41,756 nt of DNA from Catajapyx aquilonaris (taxonomy: Eukaryota), in NCBI GenBank assembly GCA_000934665.2, contig JYFJ02003433.1:1-41756 (forward strand). The letters run 5' to 3'. The position numbers and the translations under genes were made by a program. Below the pieces are notes generated by a model. That model was not told where the DNA came from. It did no database searches and saw only the letters and a program-made list of their open reading frames with translations. Positions 1 through 11,126 of this stretch are shown here, in pieces (positions within the stretch are counted from its first letter, which is position 1; each line of letters begins with the position of its first letter).

Positions 1-1120
1 AACCCGCTCAGCATGCCGCCATGCTGGTTCTGCCCAACCAACATGGCCGCCGCGAAAAAAAAAGGTAAACAAATACGTCACGGCTAAAAGGTCCATTACT
101 GAGTCAGGCAATTGAGACAAAGGCGGCCAAGATGTGGAGCAAGACGCTCCTTTGCAGCAGTGAATGACATGATCATTCTCTTTCTGGTCTGGTATATACG
201 TATTTGCAAGAAGGAGACGGCAGAAGAAAACGACGGATTTTTTTGGCCCTACCCACGGCCCTACCTATAATTTACGGGTGAGATATAATTTCGCATTTTT
301 GTGGATAGTTTCATTATTATAGTATGCAGTAGCGTGCATTATAATAAGCATGTGGAAATCAGAAAACCACTCAGAAAACTTTGTGTATTAGTTGCAAAAG
401 GGGGGATTTGACTATAACAGACTTAATTTTTCCGCAGTCCCTTTAAGTCTGTTATATCCGGATTCATGTATTTTGTTACTTGTGAACTAAGGTTTTAAAG
501 ATAATTCAGCGACCATCAAACCAGTTTTAAGCCCCGCTTCCGGTTGGGTTTTTATCGCCTCGAAAAATGGTATTGTATACTCCTAGTAGTGTGAAGTGTT
601 GAGTAAACGCTTGTCCTATAGTAAAACGCGTACGGTACAGTACGGCACATTTTCTGTATTCACCAATCAGCTATAATGTGCACAATTACCGACATTAATT
701 TCACGTGTGACCAGAACTTCCTGTTGGGTCCAGATCCAGTCAGCTGTACAGTATTCCTGTGCCTCATCACCGACCGCGGATAGCACATGGAAAATAGTTG
801 TTTACATTAGTGGAAGCGGTACGATGAACAAAACTGCAAATTGTGATACATTAAGCATGCCGTTTGGCACGGTAGTTCTCTGAACCAAAAGGATCGATTT
901 GACCCGCAGCTCACTTGATTTCACTCCGGTATATCCTTAGGATTGAAGATGGCGGCCGCCGGCCGATAATCAAAATGGCCGCCGTTGGTACAAAATCGGT
1001 ATTTTTGGTCGGAATGAAATTGACTATTGAGGAGTCGATTCCAAGCAATACAGTATACGCATATGAAGTCTCTGAACACGAATTCAATATGTCAGAGTAC
1101 TACAGTTTAAATACGTTAGG

Positions 1121-1280
1121 TCGGCAACTTTTTCTCCGGGTGGTAGAAAAGTGAGAGTGCGCCTTCCTTCGGAGGGGAGGTAAACCCGTCGGTCCCGTGT
1201 GCTTGTGACATTGCGCGAGTGCACGTTAAAGATCCCCAGAGTGGCCAAATTTCCTGGCGTCGGTGTTTAGCCTTAGCAGC
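1121..1280 (+). mobile_element. SINE family D (Nin/Deu-domain-like), 5' truncated
   Basis: Near-identical to the reverse complement of about 12000-12183; core ccttcggagggga.gtaaa.ccgtcggtccc...gttaaagatcccc. Confidence 0.7.
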
Positions 1281-1494
1281 AGAAGCAATTTGCTGGCATT
1301 ACCCCCACTGCACCTTTCGAGCTGATGAGTGATGACACACATGTTTTCATCTTCTGTGGCAAAGTTTACACATTATACAGATCATGTTGCTTTCTGACAT
1401 TTTCATCTGTGTTCTTCTATTTTCTTTACTTTACTTTTCTACTAATCTGGATTATTTACCCGCCAAACCGGAAACAAATATAATAGTGATAGGC

Positions 1495-1844
1495 CGGGGA
1501 GGTGTGGTGTCCGAGATGGTAATGTATCGGCTTGCTGAGTGAAAGGCCCCAGGTTCGATCCCCGCCTGGGGAACTTCCTTTCACCTGCGTCGGGAGGGTC
1601 TCTGACCTGCACCAAGGAGGTGTCTGGCAACCTAACCTCCTGGGGGACTGCACATGGTCCAAAGTTTTAAGACATTGCACTTGCACAAGTGTCCCCTCCC
1701 CAACAATCCCTATCCTTTCCCAATGTCCCTGTTTCCTTGCACCAGAGAATGAAGAAAAAGTTGTAAAAACACTAGAAAAACTGATGGTGGTCTGCCACCC
1801 CCCTAAAACGGCTTAAGGCTCTATCACGGGGTAATCTATAAAAA
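1495..1844 (+). mobile_element. tRNA-derived SINE family B
   Basis: tRNA-like head with B box ggttcgatcc, A-rich tail and 13-bp TSD aatagtgataggc (1482-1494, 1845-1857). Other copies at 27111 and 39319. Confidence 0.9.
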
Positions 1845-2004
1845 AATAGTGATAGGCATATTATTAATAGCTATTATCATTTCCAACAATTTCTAAATGG
1901 TAGCTTGTCTACGGGTTATTTATTGGGCATAATAATGATAAGTGACTATTATTTACATAATCGCTTGTACACAGTAATTCTTGGGTAGTGCCTGACCCTA
2001 TATA

Positions 2005-2309
2005 CTTATAGGGTATGCGGCACGGACCTTTATTGTAACTTGTAATACATAGACCATTTTTTGAAATGCCCGGGCCCACGGGCAGGATGACAGGAGGGGA
2101 TGTGCAAGGTGCAGTGCAATGTCTTAACGTGGCCATTTTTAGTGAACTCCCCCGGGTGGTTTAGTCTGTGGAAATACCACCCGAGACGAAGCCAGAGGTG
2201 ACCCTGAACTCTGCACGAGATGAAGGGGGTGTCCCCGGGCTGGGATCGAACCCGGGACCTTAACATCCGTGGGAGCATACGTTACCGCAGCACCACTCCG
2301 CCTCCCCGC
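2005..2309 (-). mobile_element. tRNA-derived SINE family C
   Basis: Head with B box ggttcgatcc on -. Body cttcatctcgtgcagagtt...ctctggcttcgtct is shared with the copies at 15720, 18040 and 30175. Confidence 0.85.
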
Positions 2310-2621
2310 GAGTAAACACAGTACATATTTTCAACCCCCCCAAAATGGATCCAAAACGTGTTCAAACTGTATTCTGACATTGAATTCGTGTTTAGCGACT
2401 TCATATTTCTGGGAATCGACTCCTCAATAGTCAATTTCAGACCAAAAATACCGATTTTGTACCAACGCAACGGCGGCAATTTTTATTATTTGCCGCCATC
2501 AAGAATCCTAATGGACGAAATCAAGTGAGCTGCGGGTCAAATCGATCATTTTGGTTCAGAGAACTACTTTATAATTGATATTTAAGGAGGTTGGCCCAGC
2601 ATTGCCTTTCAACCTCCAAGG

Positions 2622-2790
2622 ATAGGGAAGGAAGGAAGCGGCTGTGGCCTATTATACGGAAGCGACCCCGGAATTATCCTAGAGAGACCGTGGAAAACCA
2701 CAGAAAACCACAGTCAGGGTTGCCGGCCCCGGGATTCGAACCCAGGACCTCCCGATTAGCAGTCGGACGCCCTATCCACTATGCCAACCT
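2622..2790 (-). mobile_element. tRNA-derived SINE family A (3' truncated)
   Basis: gtccgactgctaatcgggaggtcctgggttcga head and ggccacagccgcttccttcc body, as at 14824, 20901 and 22635. Confidence 0.85.
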
Positions 2791-2839
2791 GCCAAACGGT
2801 ATGCTTGTATCACAATTTGCAATATTGTACCAATATTTC

Positions 2840-3360
2840 CGTCCTGCCGCTTCCACTACATTGAACCCCGCGCCCGCCGCGCCGTTCCCGTAGTAGACGG
2901 GCATCTTTAATCCACAACTGAGATCCTCCATTTCAAATCCAAATAGCCTAGATCCGGGAACAGCAACTAAATGTGAAGAAATAAACAACGCAAATGAGCG
3001 GAATAGTAGGCATGCCGTGGTATAAACCGAGTAAAAATTGTAGTCAGGTATAATAAATTGTGGCAAAACCCTTACTACGGACGGAAGTACGGACAGATGA
3101 CAAAAAAGAGTGGAAGCATCTTTTGTGCAAGTCCCGGATGTTTGTTGTGGCTCTCATACAGCTCCCATACGTCTAGGCGTTTCAGCCCGATATACGTTAA
3201 ATGTATTTACATTATCTATTTACGAGCGGCGATCTCACGTGAACTGAATTGGACTGGTGCTGCAGACCTGGAAATGGTAATAGTTCAGCTGTGGGGGCGT
3301 ATGGGGAGTGTTGTGCGGGGTGGGGCGGGTTTTGTGGGTAGGCCTGGCGTCCTTTCCGCA
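2840..3360. promoter_or_regulatory. Putative CpG-rich promoter / 5' region of CstF-77
   Basis: Locally CpG-rich sequence with ETS-like CGGAAGT at 3082-3088, upstream of the first coding exons. Inference. Confidence 0.4.
3274..3276 (+). CDS. CSTF3: Tentative CstF-77 exon 1 (start codon only, ATG|gtaata)
   Basis: ATG is directly followed by a GT donor in phase 0, matching the phase-0 acceptor at 4538. It lies in a CpG-rich region downstream of an ETS-like CGGAAGT. An in-frame upstream ATG at 3097 is an alternative start. Inference only. Confidence 0.4.
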
Positions 3361-3413
3361 CAACTGTTCGTGGCTACTGAAAGTTCTGCCACATGGTTTG
3401 TCGTTGGTTCAGC

Positions 3414-3487
<74 letters not shown>
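3414..3487 (+). repeat. (TTA)n microsatellite
   Basis: Perfect trinucleotide run. Confidence 0.98.
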
Positions 3488-3675
3488 GGTTATTCTATGG
3501 CCTCTTTTAAACTCCATTTTATTAAGCATTGGGACTCATGAGGCAACTTATCACAGGGAAGTGCATTGTGTGGTCACAGCATAGTAGTGCACCAAGGGTG
3601 TGAAGGCCTGTGTGCTGGATGTTGTCCATTGCAAGTAACTATTTTTGCAAAGCAGGGAAGGTCCATGTTGGCATA

Positions 3676-4009
3676 GAGGAAGTCCCCACTCTACAAATGG
3701 GGTTACATTCCTGAGAACGTCTGTAAGTCAGATTCCTAATGAACAGCACGTGTATGGTAATAATAATAGCTGCTAGCGTAAATATCTTGTGCCAACGAAC
3801 CGCTTACGCGTTTACATGTGTGGAAGAAAGTTGTTCCCAAATTATTAATTTAATCATACAGTGTTTGTGTTGAACTTGGTGTCCGTCAACATACGCAGAA
3901 GTGATGAGAGTGGAGGTATAAAATTATTATAAAGTATCCATACTTGGGAGCACATTTGTAAGAATGGATTGCCATAAGACGGGTCGTGCGTAAACCAGGG
4001 ACTTCCTGC
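3676..4009. mobile_element. Degenerate pogo/Tigger-like MITE
   Basis: aggaagtcccc... / ...gggacttcctg imperfect TIRs. The left end resembles caggtagtccccagtttacgaacggggttacgttcctga at 19381. Confidence 0.55.
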
Positions 4010-4125
4010 AGATGCAGTCCATAGGTGCAGGATTGGCGTTTTATATTCATTTGCAATAAGCAATTGACATGTGGGCAGTTCATTACACAGTCTACAGACC
4101 ATTGAAAGCATCTCAAAATTAGTAA

Positions 4126-4427
4126 GGCCATTTTCACACGAGGCCACGATGGACACGCTGCCAAGGCTGTGCCGCCACGTCTTTGCAATGCTGCAAGTGG
4201 AGCCTTTCACACATGGTGGTTGACAGCTGTGCCACGTGCCGCCAGAAATGCTGGTGGCAGGCAGGGCGACTGTCGGCGCTGCCAGCTTCTGCTAACTGGC
4301 CGCGCCACCACGTGTTTGCATTGAATCATATGAAGCCTTTCACACGAGACGCGACTTTTCTTGCGGCCAACAGTGCCGCCTAATTTATGCGGCAGCGCTG
4401 CCATGGTGGCCTCGTGTGAAAATAGCC
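4126..4427. mobile_element. PIF/Harbinger-like MITE
   Basis: TIRs ggccattttcacacgaggccac / gtggcctcgtgtgaaaatagcc; TAA on the left flank. Confidence 0.75.
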
Positions 4428-4537
4428 AAAGACTCTCTCAGTACAACCATCACCTTATCTGCAAAATTATAAGTCTGTAGATGGTAACTGTGATGGTAGA
4501 ATGCATATTTATGACTGTTTATTTCCTGGCTATGCAG

Positions 4538-4729
4538 GAGCTCACTGGAGAGAAGGTGCAGCAGGCATGGCAGAAGACGGAGGAGACCCCTCATGACCTG
4601 GAATCCTGGAGCATACTAGTGAGGGAGGCTCAGAGCAAAAGGATAGATGAGGTCAGGCCCATCTTTGAGAAGCTGGTTGCTGCTTTCCCCAGCTCAGGCC
4701 GATACTGGAAGATTTTTATTGAGCAAGAA
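4538..4729 (+). CDS. CSTF3: CstF-77/su(f) coding exon 2 (ELTGEKVQ...PHDLESWSILVREAQ...RYWKIFIEQE)
   Basis: Matches the N-terminal HAT region of CSTF3/su(f). Acceptor tatgcag| and donor GAA|gtaaga; 192 nt, phase 0/0. Confidence 0.95.
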
Positions 4730-5236
4730 GTAAGATTAGTTACATAAGGCTGTGGCTTCTGATCCCCTTTTCTCAGGATTACACTGCTTGCCTAATAGTA
4801 GGTAAGTTTTTATTTATTATGTTGCATTTGCATCTAGAGGAAATTCAGTTTAAAATATAATTTTAGATAATTAAATTAAAATTTATTTTAAATAATGTCT
4901 AGTGGTTTAGTGATGAGATCCTTGCTAATACAGTACAAATTTACCAGTAACTAAGCAAGTTCAGAGTTTTGGGGGTCTGACCACAGGAAAGGTTACAGGT
5001 TATGGTGTAGTTTTAATTACCATCGACAATTTTGTTGTGAGGGTACCGTAAAAGTAAATAATAAAGCTGCAGGGTGGTTGGGTGTGTTTTATTCTCAAGT
5101 GTGAAGGGGTAGGATCTTCTTGAATGACATCACTTATGGGAAGTGGGAACATTGTGGAATCAACATGAGCATTGTGGAAATGTGCTTAAATAAAATGAAC
5201 CTGCATGAAAATTATATTCACTTTATCTTATTTCAG

Positions 5237-5269
5237 ATGAAGTCCAGAAATTTTGAAAGAGTTGAGAAG
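5237..5269 (+). CDS. CSTF3: CstF-77 exon 3 (MKSRNFERVEK)
   Basis: Acceptor tttcag|, donor AAG|gtatgt; 33 nt. Matches su(f) MRSRYYERVEK and human IKAKNYDKVEK. Confidence 0.93.
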
Positions 5270-6146
5270 GTATGTTTTAAAAAGGCATTTTTTTCCTATG
5301 ATCAATATACAACAACAACAAAAAAATAAATATCCTCGTCTTTGAAACCTTGCTGCATTTTATTACTGGGTTGTTAATCACTTGCGAGGTGGGATGGAAA
5401 AATTGTTTTGATTTGAAAGCCAAATGAATTTTTCACGTAAGATTTTCCCATGCCACCTTTTGGGTGTCTTATGCCCTCCAAAGACTAGTATGAATGCTGA
5501 ATATGAATGAATGAGAATCTGTCTACAACCGAAAGTTCCATTGTGGCCTGGTGCAAATGGAGAGACGTTGAGGCAGTTGTATGTTACAATTTGGCAGATA
5601 GCTTGCATAAATATGGTTAATATGTTTAATCATAATGAAAACTTTCAAAGAGGCCGATATTGATATCTGCCACTATATTTGTGCAAGTTAAAGAAAATTC
5701 TTGTTTTATTTCCAATGGTACTTTTCTGCCCCTATTGAGAGCTATGTAGCTACTGTAAATCTCCATGTTGAACAAGAAGCAAAAATTATCCCCAATGTGA
5801 TGACTCGGAAAATAAAGGATATTAGTGGCTGCTGGACATTTGCACCCTTTTTAGCAAGGACTGGAGATTTATGCATCAAACTCTTTTGCAAGAGCCAACT
5901 TTTGTATATTATAGCTTGACAAGACTTTAAAATACTGTACTCTTGAAAGTAAAATAATATATACTGTATGTTATTTTTCATTATGGCCTGTAAATCAGCA
6001 AAAGTTGTGATCTGTAGCTGCATAGCTTGCCTTTTTCCCAGAGTAACTCAGTGGCGGCAAAAAAATAATAATAAAAGACGAGGTGGTTTTCCAAGCTGAC
6101 TAATAGGGTTTTTCCTTCCGTTTTGTGTCCACTCTCTCTGCACTAG

Positions 6147-6244
6147 CTGTTCCAGCGATGCCTGATGAAAGTGCTCAACATTGAACTCTGGAGACTGTAT
6201 CTCACCTATGTCAAGGAAACCAAAGCCAGTCTACCTACATACAA
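6147..6244 (+). CDS. CSTF3: CstF-77 exon 4 ([33 protein letters not shown])
   Basis: Translated by hand (absent from ORF track). Acceptor cactag|, donor AA|gtaagt; 98 nt, ends in phase 2. Confidence 0.95.
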
Positions 6245-6450
6245 GTAAGTAAGATTTGCTCTGATGCCCTAGTCCTCACCTCCTCTCCAACTGTCGCTTT
6301 CTTGGATATTGAGGGGATGGTGGCCAAATTGGCTATATCATTTTTTGTTGTTTTTGAGCTTGCACTGCCATTAAAATCTTAGAGTTAAGGCACCTAATGA
6401 GCCAATGACAGATAAAAATGAGTTTTCTTGGCTCCATAACAAGAGGTAAT

Positions 6451-7178
6451 CTGACAAGGGACAGTTCCCAGGTGATAATGACGGATCTTGATGAAACTGA
6501 ACATGCTAATACAGGACAATATATGATAACCAAAAATGAAATATTTCAGGCCCGTATTTGCAAAAGTTGTGACATCTGAAAGTGCCAAAAGTAATACATT
6601 TTCATACACAATGGGATTACATTAGTGACCACATAATTATAATGTCATTGAATTGTGTAAACCGTTTTTAGATTTTTTAATCATTGGAAAAAAGTCTTCT
6701 AGGACAGCTGTCCGTCTGTCCATCCGCCTGTGGACAGGTATCAATCCTAAACCGTAATAGATGGCGACAAACGGTTGCCATATTCGGATTAAGCGTAGCT
6801 GAAATAGGTTTCATGGTCAACTTCCGGTGACCCGCCACTTCCAGTTTTCCGGGTTCACTCTATCCGCACAAGTCTACTTTATGGGCGGATTAGAAAACCG
6901 GAAGTCCATGGACGGACGGACAGAGCCGTTTGATAAGACTTTTTCCCGATGAGAAAAAATCTGAAAACTGTTTGCACACTTCAATGTCATTATATGTGGT
7001 CGCTAATGTAATCCCATTGTGTATGTTTTTTTTTTTTTTGGCACTTGAAGACGTAACTTTTGAAAATGTGGGGCTCAGCCCGAAATATTTCAATTTTGGT
7101 TATCATATATTTTCTTGTATTAGCTTGTTAAGTTTCATCAAGATCCATCATTATCACCTGGGAACTGTCCCTTGTGAG
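6451..7178. mobile_element. Palindromic non-autonomous element (arms of about 290 bp)
   Basis: acaagggacagttcccaggtgataatga.ggatcttgatgaaact mirrored at 7131-7175. ORFs 6394..6609(-) and 6930..7307(+) share the peptide HYHLGTVPC. Confidence 0.85.
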
Positions 7179-8351
7179 AAGAACATTTACAGCTATACAA
7201 ATCGAAACTACAAAAGTGGCTTTTTCTTGGACTGTGGTTCAATGAAGATAGCTCATTTTGGCCGCCACCTCCTCAAATGTACTTATGGGATTATTAATTA
7301 TGATTAAGCCTTTCACTCCTGCATGTGTATTATACGCTAATACACATAAGGGGAAAATTCAGATCTCCTGTGGGAAGGTCAGATTCTTCTTAGAGTCAAG
7401 GTCACACGCACAAAGATCTATACTACTTGCCCGTATCAATTTTGTGTTGTTAGTATGCATTAACATTCTCAGACCCGCAAGAGTTCTTTTCAACATACAT
7501 GTTGCAGGTTTTGTGTCTCGGTATGATTTCGCGCTGGGAACAAAACACCATCCTACACATTTTTCAAAATTCTGCACCGTTGTTGAGTTAGAGGACTGTA
7601 TTGCATGCAATACATTGGATCTTCAAACTTCGTTCATAAAATGTGGTATTGCTAGCAATACAAAACAACTTTCATATCTCAGCGCCTCTTATTCTGTGTG
7701 GTAAAGTGTGAAACAGTTGTGGAATTTTCGACAAGGAAAAACGTTAAATTGGGTACACTTTGTACACAAGTAAAATTTGCAGTTTTTTTTCTTGCATACA
7801 TGCATGTACAATCCCGCTCATAAAGAATGGTACGACTCTATGGACGACGTGTTTATTCTGACTATCCAGCATTATTCCCAATCTGATTTCGTCGCGACAC
7901 TATGGACAACTTTTCCTAGATCTCTGGCGACCCATATGACCCCCTCCCGACTTTTTCCGAAATTTTTTATTACCAAAATGTTCAACCTGGCACAATGCTT
8001 ACATAGATTTGAGATGAATTTCCCCCCATAAATTTTCTTGCGTTGCTTTGTTTTTTTCTTATCTTTTTTTCTTGATTTTAATGGCCTTTTCCCAGCCTTC
8101 CTCATGACCCCTAAAAACATGCTGGTGACCCAGGGGTTGAGAACAGAGTAAACATTTTGTCCATAGAGTTGTACCATTCTTTATGAGCGGTACTGTACTA
8201 TATCGCTCAAAAAGATGGAGATGATTTTGCATTTGGTTTCAACGCAAAATCTTCTCTTATCTTCTTGAGCGATATAGTATATCCATATGTAATTATTTTT
8301 GTTGTTATTATAATTTCTGTTGTTAGAAATGTGATCAAAGTGAAATCTTAA

Positions 8352-9252
8352 GGTCATATCCTCCTGAGACCTGGTGTCGACATCAGCAAAAGATTTTTTT
8401 GGCGCCAACTAGTGATGCCAACAGAACTGTAATATGTTGGTATCCCATGGTTACAATCTGGCCTCAATAGGTGTAGCCACCTAGCGTCGAATATCTGACT
8501 TGGGCCGCGAAAATTAAATCGCGGATAAAATGGCGGATTCCGCTGCTGAAGCTAGGCGCTCATCTGGTCAGTTTTATTTTTTTACTCATATTTAGAATGT
8601 GATTTTCGCAATGCAGTGAATGTCCTGGGATTCGCAAGGAATGTGTCTTAGGAAATGCAAAAAGATGTGTCTGTGACAATCTTTGTTGCTGTAGAGAACT
8701 GGTTTTCTTCCCGAGACCAAATGCCTATTTAAATGGACATCCGAAAAATGGCATTTTTAGCTGAATGGGTGTGACTTTTCTTGAAGTGTCTGTACCTATA
8801 CACCCATAAGGAAGTGGGCCTTGCACTGTGCAGTTCAGTTCAGTTTTGAAATCTAGAATAGGAAGGTACCACTCTAGCGGGTAAGAAGGGAAGGAGCAAG
8901 CCCCATTCCTGGAGTGGTGGCGTTCAAAAATAATTTCATTTATCTTTAATTGTCTTCTGAGAGGAATTGCTACCACAAATTCCACAAATGAATTTTAAAA
9001 ACATTGTTTTGAGGATAGAGCACTATGTGAGTGATCCATTAAGTGGTATTTCAATTTTCAGCTTTCATCCGTTCTGCTTTTGTAGCACCTATTGGGTCCT
9101 AATGTTCTCATTGGTTGTTTGTCACCATTTTTGTCGATATTTTAAAACTAAATTTTTTTTCTCGTTTCTTATTGGGAAAATGTTCAGAAAATGCAATAGG
9201 AACTGACATTGCGTTAAAAAATTCTTCTCAGGTCTCAGGAGGATATTTGGGT
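8352..9252. mobile_element. Non-autonomous TIR element flanked by TTAA (Kolobok/piggyBac-like)
   Basis: atatcctcctgagacctg / caggtctcaggaggatat inverted repeats; TTAA at 8348-8351 and 9253-9256. Confidence 0.65.
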
Positions 9253-9569
9253 TTAAATAAATAATTTTTTTTCGTTATGGTCTGGCACTGTAACACTAGC
9301 ATTGAGACCCAAAGTACCGTATTATCTCACTTAAAGCGGCATGCCGGTGTAGTCGAGGTCGACCAGTTTTCAGAAATGCGTGATGTGGTGGCCATACCGG
9401 CATGCCGGTCTACGTGAGGTATGCCGGTATATGGCGAGGTTTTAACTTACATTGTCCTTTCCGAACTTGATATTTTTTTGTCGGAAAATCCAAATCCACA
9501 TAAAGGCTATATCAAAAAGGCACATTTCCCGCCCTGAGCAAAGCAAAGTACTGACGGAGATTGTCTTAA

Positions 9570-10040
9570 CCCTTAACTACGTAGGTGGAGCCTGAGGGGC
9601 TCAAAGCACTATTTAAACGCATGTAACTTTTTCATCGAATTTTATTTTCCCCTATCCTTCCGTGACTTTGTCAGAAAAATCTTCCTAAGCATGAAAAGGA
9701 ATAAAAAAAATTTTTAGTCCCTATTGTTTGGTTTAAAAAAATTCGTAACGAGGAACAGGTCCCTCCTGGACTCTATACTGGCTCTACCTATGTAGGTGAA
9801 GACTGAGCGGCTCAAGCATGATGTAACCTTTTAATTAAGAATTTTTCCCTGTCGGAATATGCTGACTCAGCGTGTGATTTTTACATTTTCGGAAGCCTAA
9901 TGATCTGAACTGCACTCTCTGTATGTGAAAAGTCCAATATAACAATTGAGCTGATAAGCAGAAATTGAAATATACCGTTGGAGCCTCTCAGGCTCCACCT
10001 ACGTAGTTAAAGGTGTTTCGCCCACCTACGTAGTTAAGGG
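9570..10040. mobile_element. piggyBac-like MITE
   Basis: TTAA TSD (9566-9569, 10041-10044), TIR cccttaactacgtaggtgg and internal subterminal repeats. Second copy at 13953. Confidence 0.9.
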
Positions 10041-10190
10041 TTAATCCTTCGTGATGGAGGACGGGGTTCCCCTCCCAAAGCAGGCTGACAATGGGATTGG
10101 TCACACTGTATGGCTATATGCACTGTGCAACAGAACTTGCTTATTCTCACAGCCCCACACACTCGCCCATTTTTCACCATAACATTATTA

Positions 10191-11126
10191 CGAGAGTCGT
10201 TCGGAAAAGATCCACACTCGATTTATTGTCGTGGCGTACGTGGCTGCACGAAGTTGGCATTTGTCTCAGCAGGGGGGGCCACTAGTACCGTACACTCTGT
10301 AAAAAGTTTGTCATATTCACCGCATCAGGTCAGCGACAGTGCCACTTGAAACGCGGGAGGGTGTAGACTGGCGTGGACAAGATGGAAGGTGACTATATCA
10401 CGGCTAACGGTGGACAGCCTGGTTTTTGTGGAAAGAATGTGCGACAGCAGCGGACATTCACCGCCGTATTGTGGCTATGTGTGGATAAGTGCTGGCTCCA
10501 GGCCGCAGAACAGTTTATGACTGGATCCAGGTGTTCAAAGCAGGCCATGCCACAGTGGAAAAAGGGGTTAGTGCAGGCAGACCATCAACTTCTCGGACAG
10601 CTGTCATGGTGGGGAAAGTTAACGACTTGATTATGGAAAATCGTCGAATCACATTCGATGAACTGGAACTTGACACTGCATGTCATCATTCATGATGATC
10701 TTGCTTTAAAAAAAAGTGTGCGCGCATTGGGTTACGCGTGATCTCACCCCGCAGCAGAAAGAGGTGCGAGTCCAGAGGTGGCGAGAGTTACTGGAAGCTC
10801 GAGCTCGGTTACACTATGTTGTCACACCCACCCTATTCCCCGGACCTGGCACCTTCTGACTATGGACTTTTCGACGTGATGAAGGAACCCCTCCGTGGAC
10901 GAAGATTTGCCTATGCAGCTGAGCTCCAAGGAACTGTCCATGACTGGGTGGTGAGGGCACCAAAAGAATGGTTCCGAGAGACGACCATGAAGTTGCCAGG
11001 AAGGTGGCAGCGCTGCATCAACCTCGGTGGAGAATACATTGAGGCAGCCCAAGTGTGATTCAGCCTCTGCAAGTACATGTAGTGGCCAAAAAAATTCGAG
11101 TGCGGATCATTTCCGAACGACCCTCG
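10191..11126 (+). mobile_element. Internally deleted mariner element with transposase remnants
   Basis: TA TSD and cgag..tcgttcggaaa.gatcc.cactcga TIRs. Remnants include RRTVYDWIQVFKAG..GRPSTS and HPPYSPDLAPSDYGLF..LPGRWQRCINLGGEY. Confidence 0.92.

Larger units (their letters stand above)
872..2567. mobile_element. Non-autonomous DNA element with long inverted arms, containing nested SINEs
   Basis: gtagttctctgaaccaaaa..gatcgatttgacccgcagctcacttgatttc (872-) is the reverse complement of the sequence ending at 2567. Arm similarity extends over about 872-1120 versus 2355-2567. Confidence 0.8.

Noticed and set aside
1329..1397. GTGATGA...CTGA box C/D-like pair
   Set aside because: Inside a nested repeat block, with a weak stem and no recognisable guide; compatible with chance.
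1495..1570. tRNA gene-like sequences (also 14824, 20901, 27111, 30175)
   Set aside because: SINE heads: followed by shared bodies and tails, and no clean cloverleaf evident.
1442..1816. Repeated peptides (e.g. RRLGCQTPPWCRSETL) here and at 27021-27546 and 39489-39705, suggesting a gene family
   Set aside because: They are copies of SINE B with TSDs and A tails, not coding.
3308..3584. ORFs with poly-Y/I/L tracts
   Set aside because: Translations of the (TTA)n microsatellite.
9570..10040. CRISPR-like repeat array (ctacgtaggtggagcctgag units)
   Set aside because: Eukaryotic context; the repeats are irregularly spaced, in both orientations, and are MITE subterminal repeats.
10489..11058. Functional or domesticated mariner transposase
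   Set aside because: Fragmented over different frames, with the central catalytic region deleted; the element is only 936 bp.
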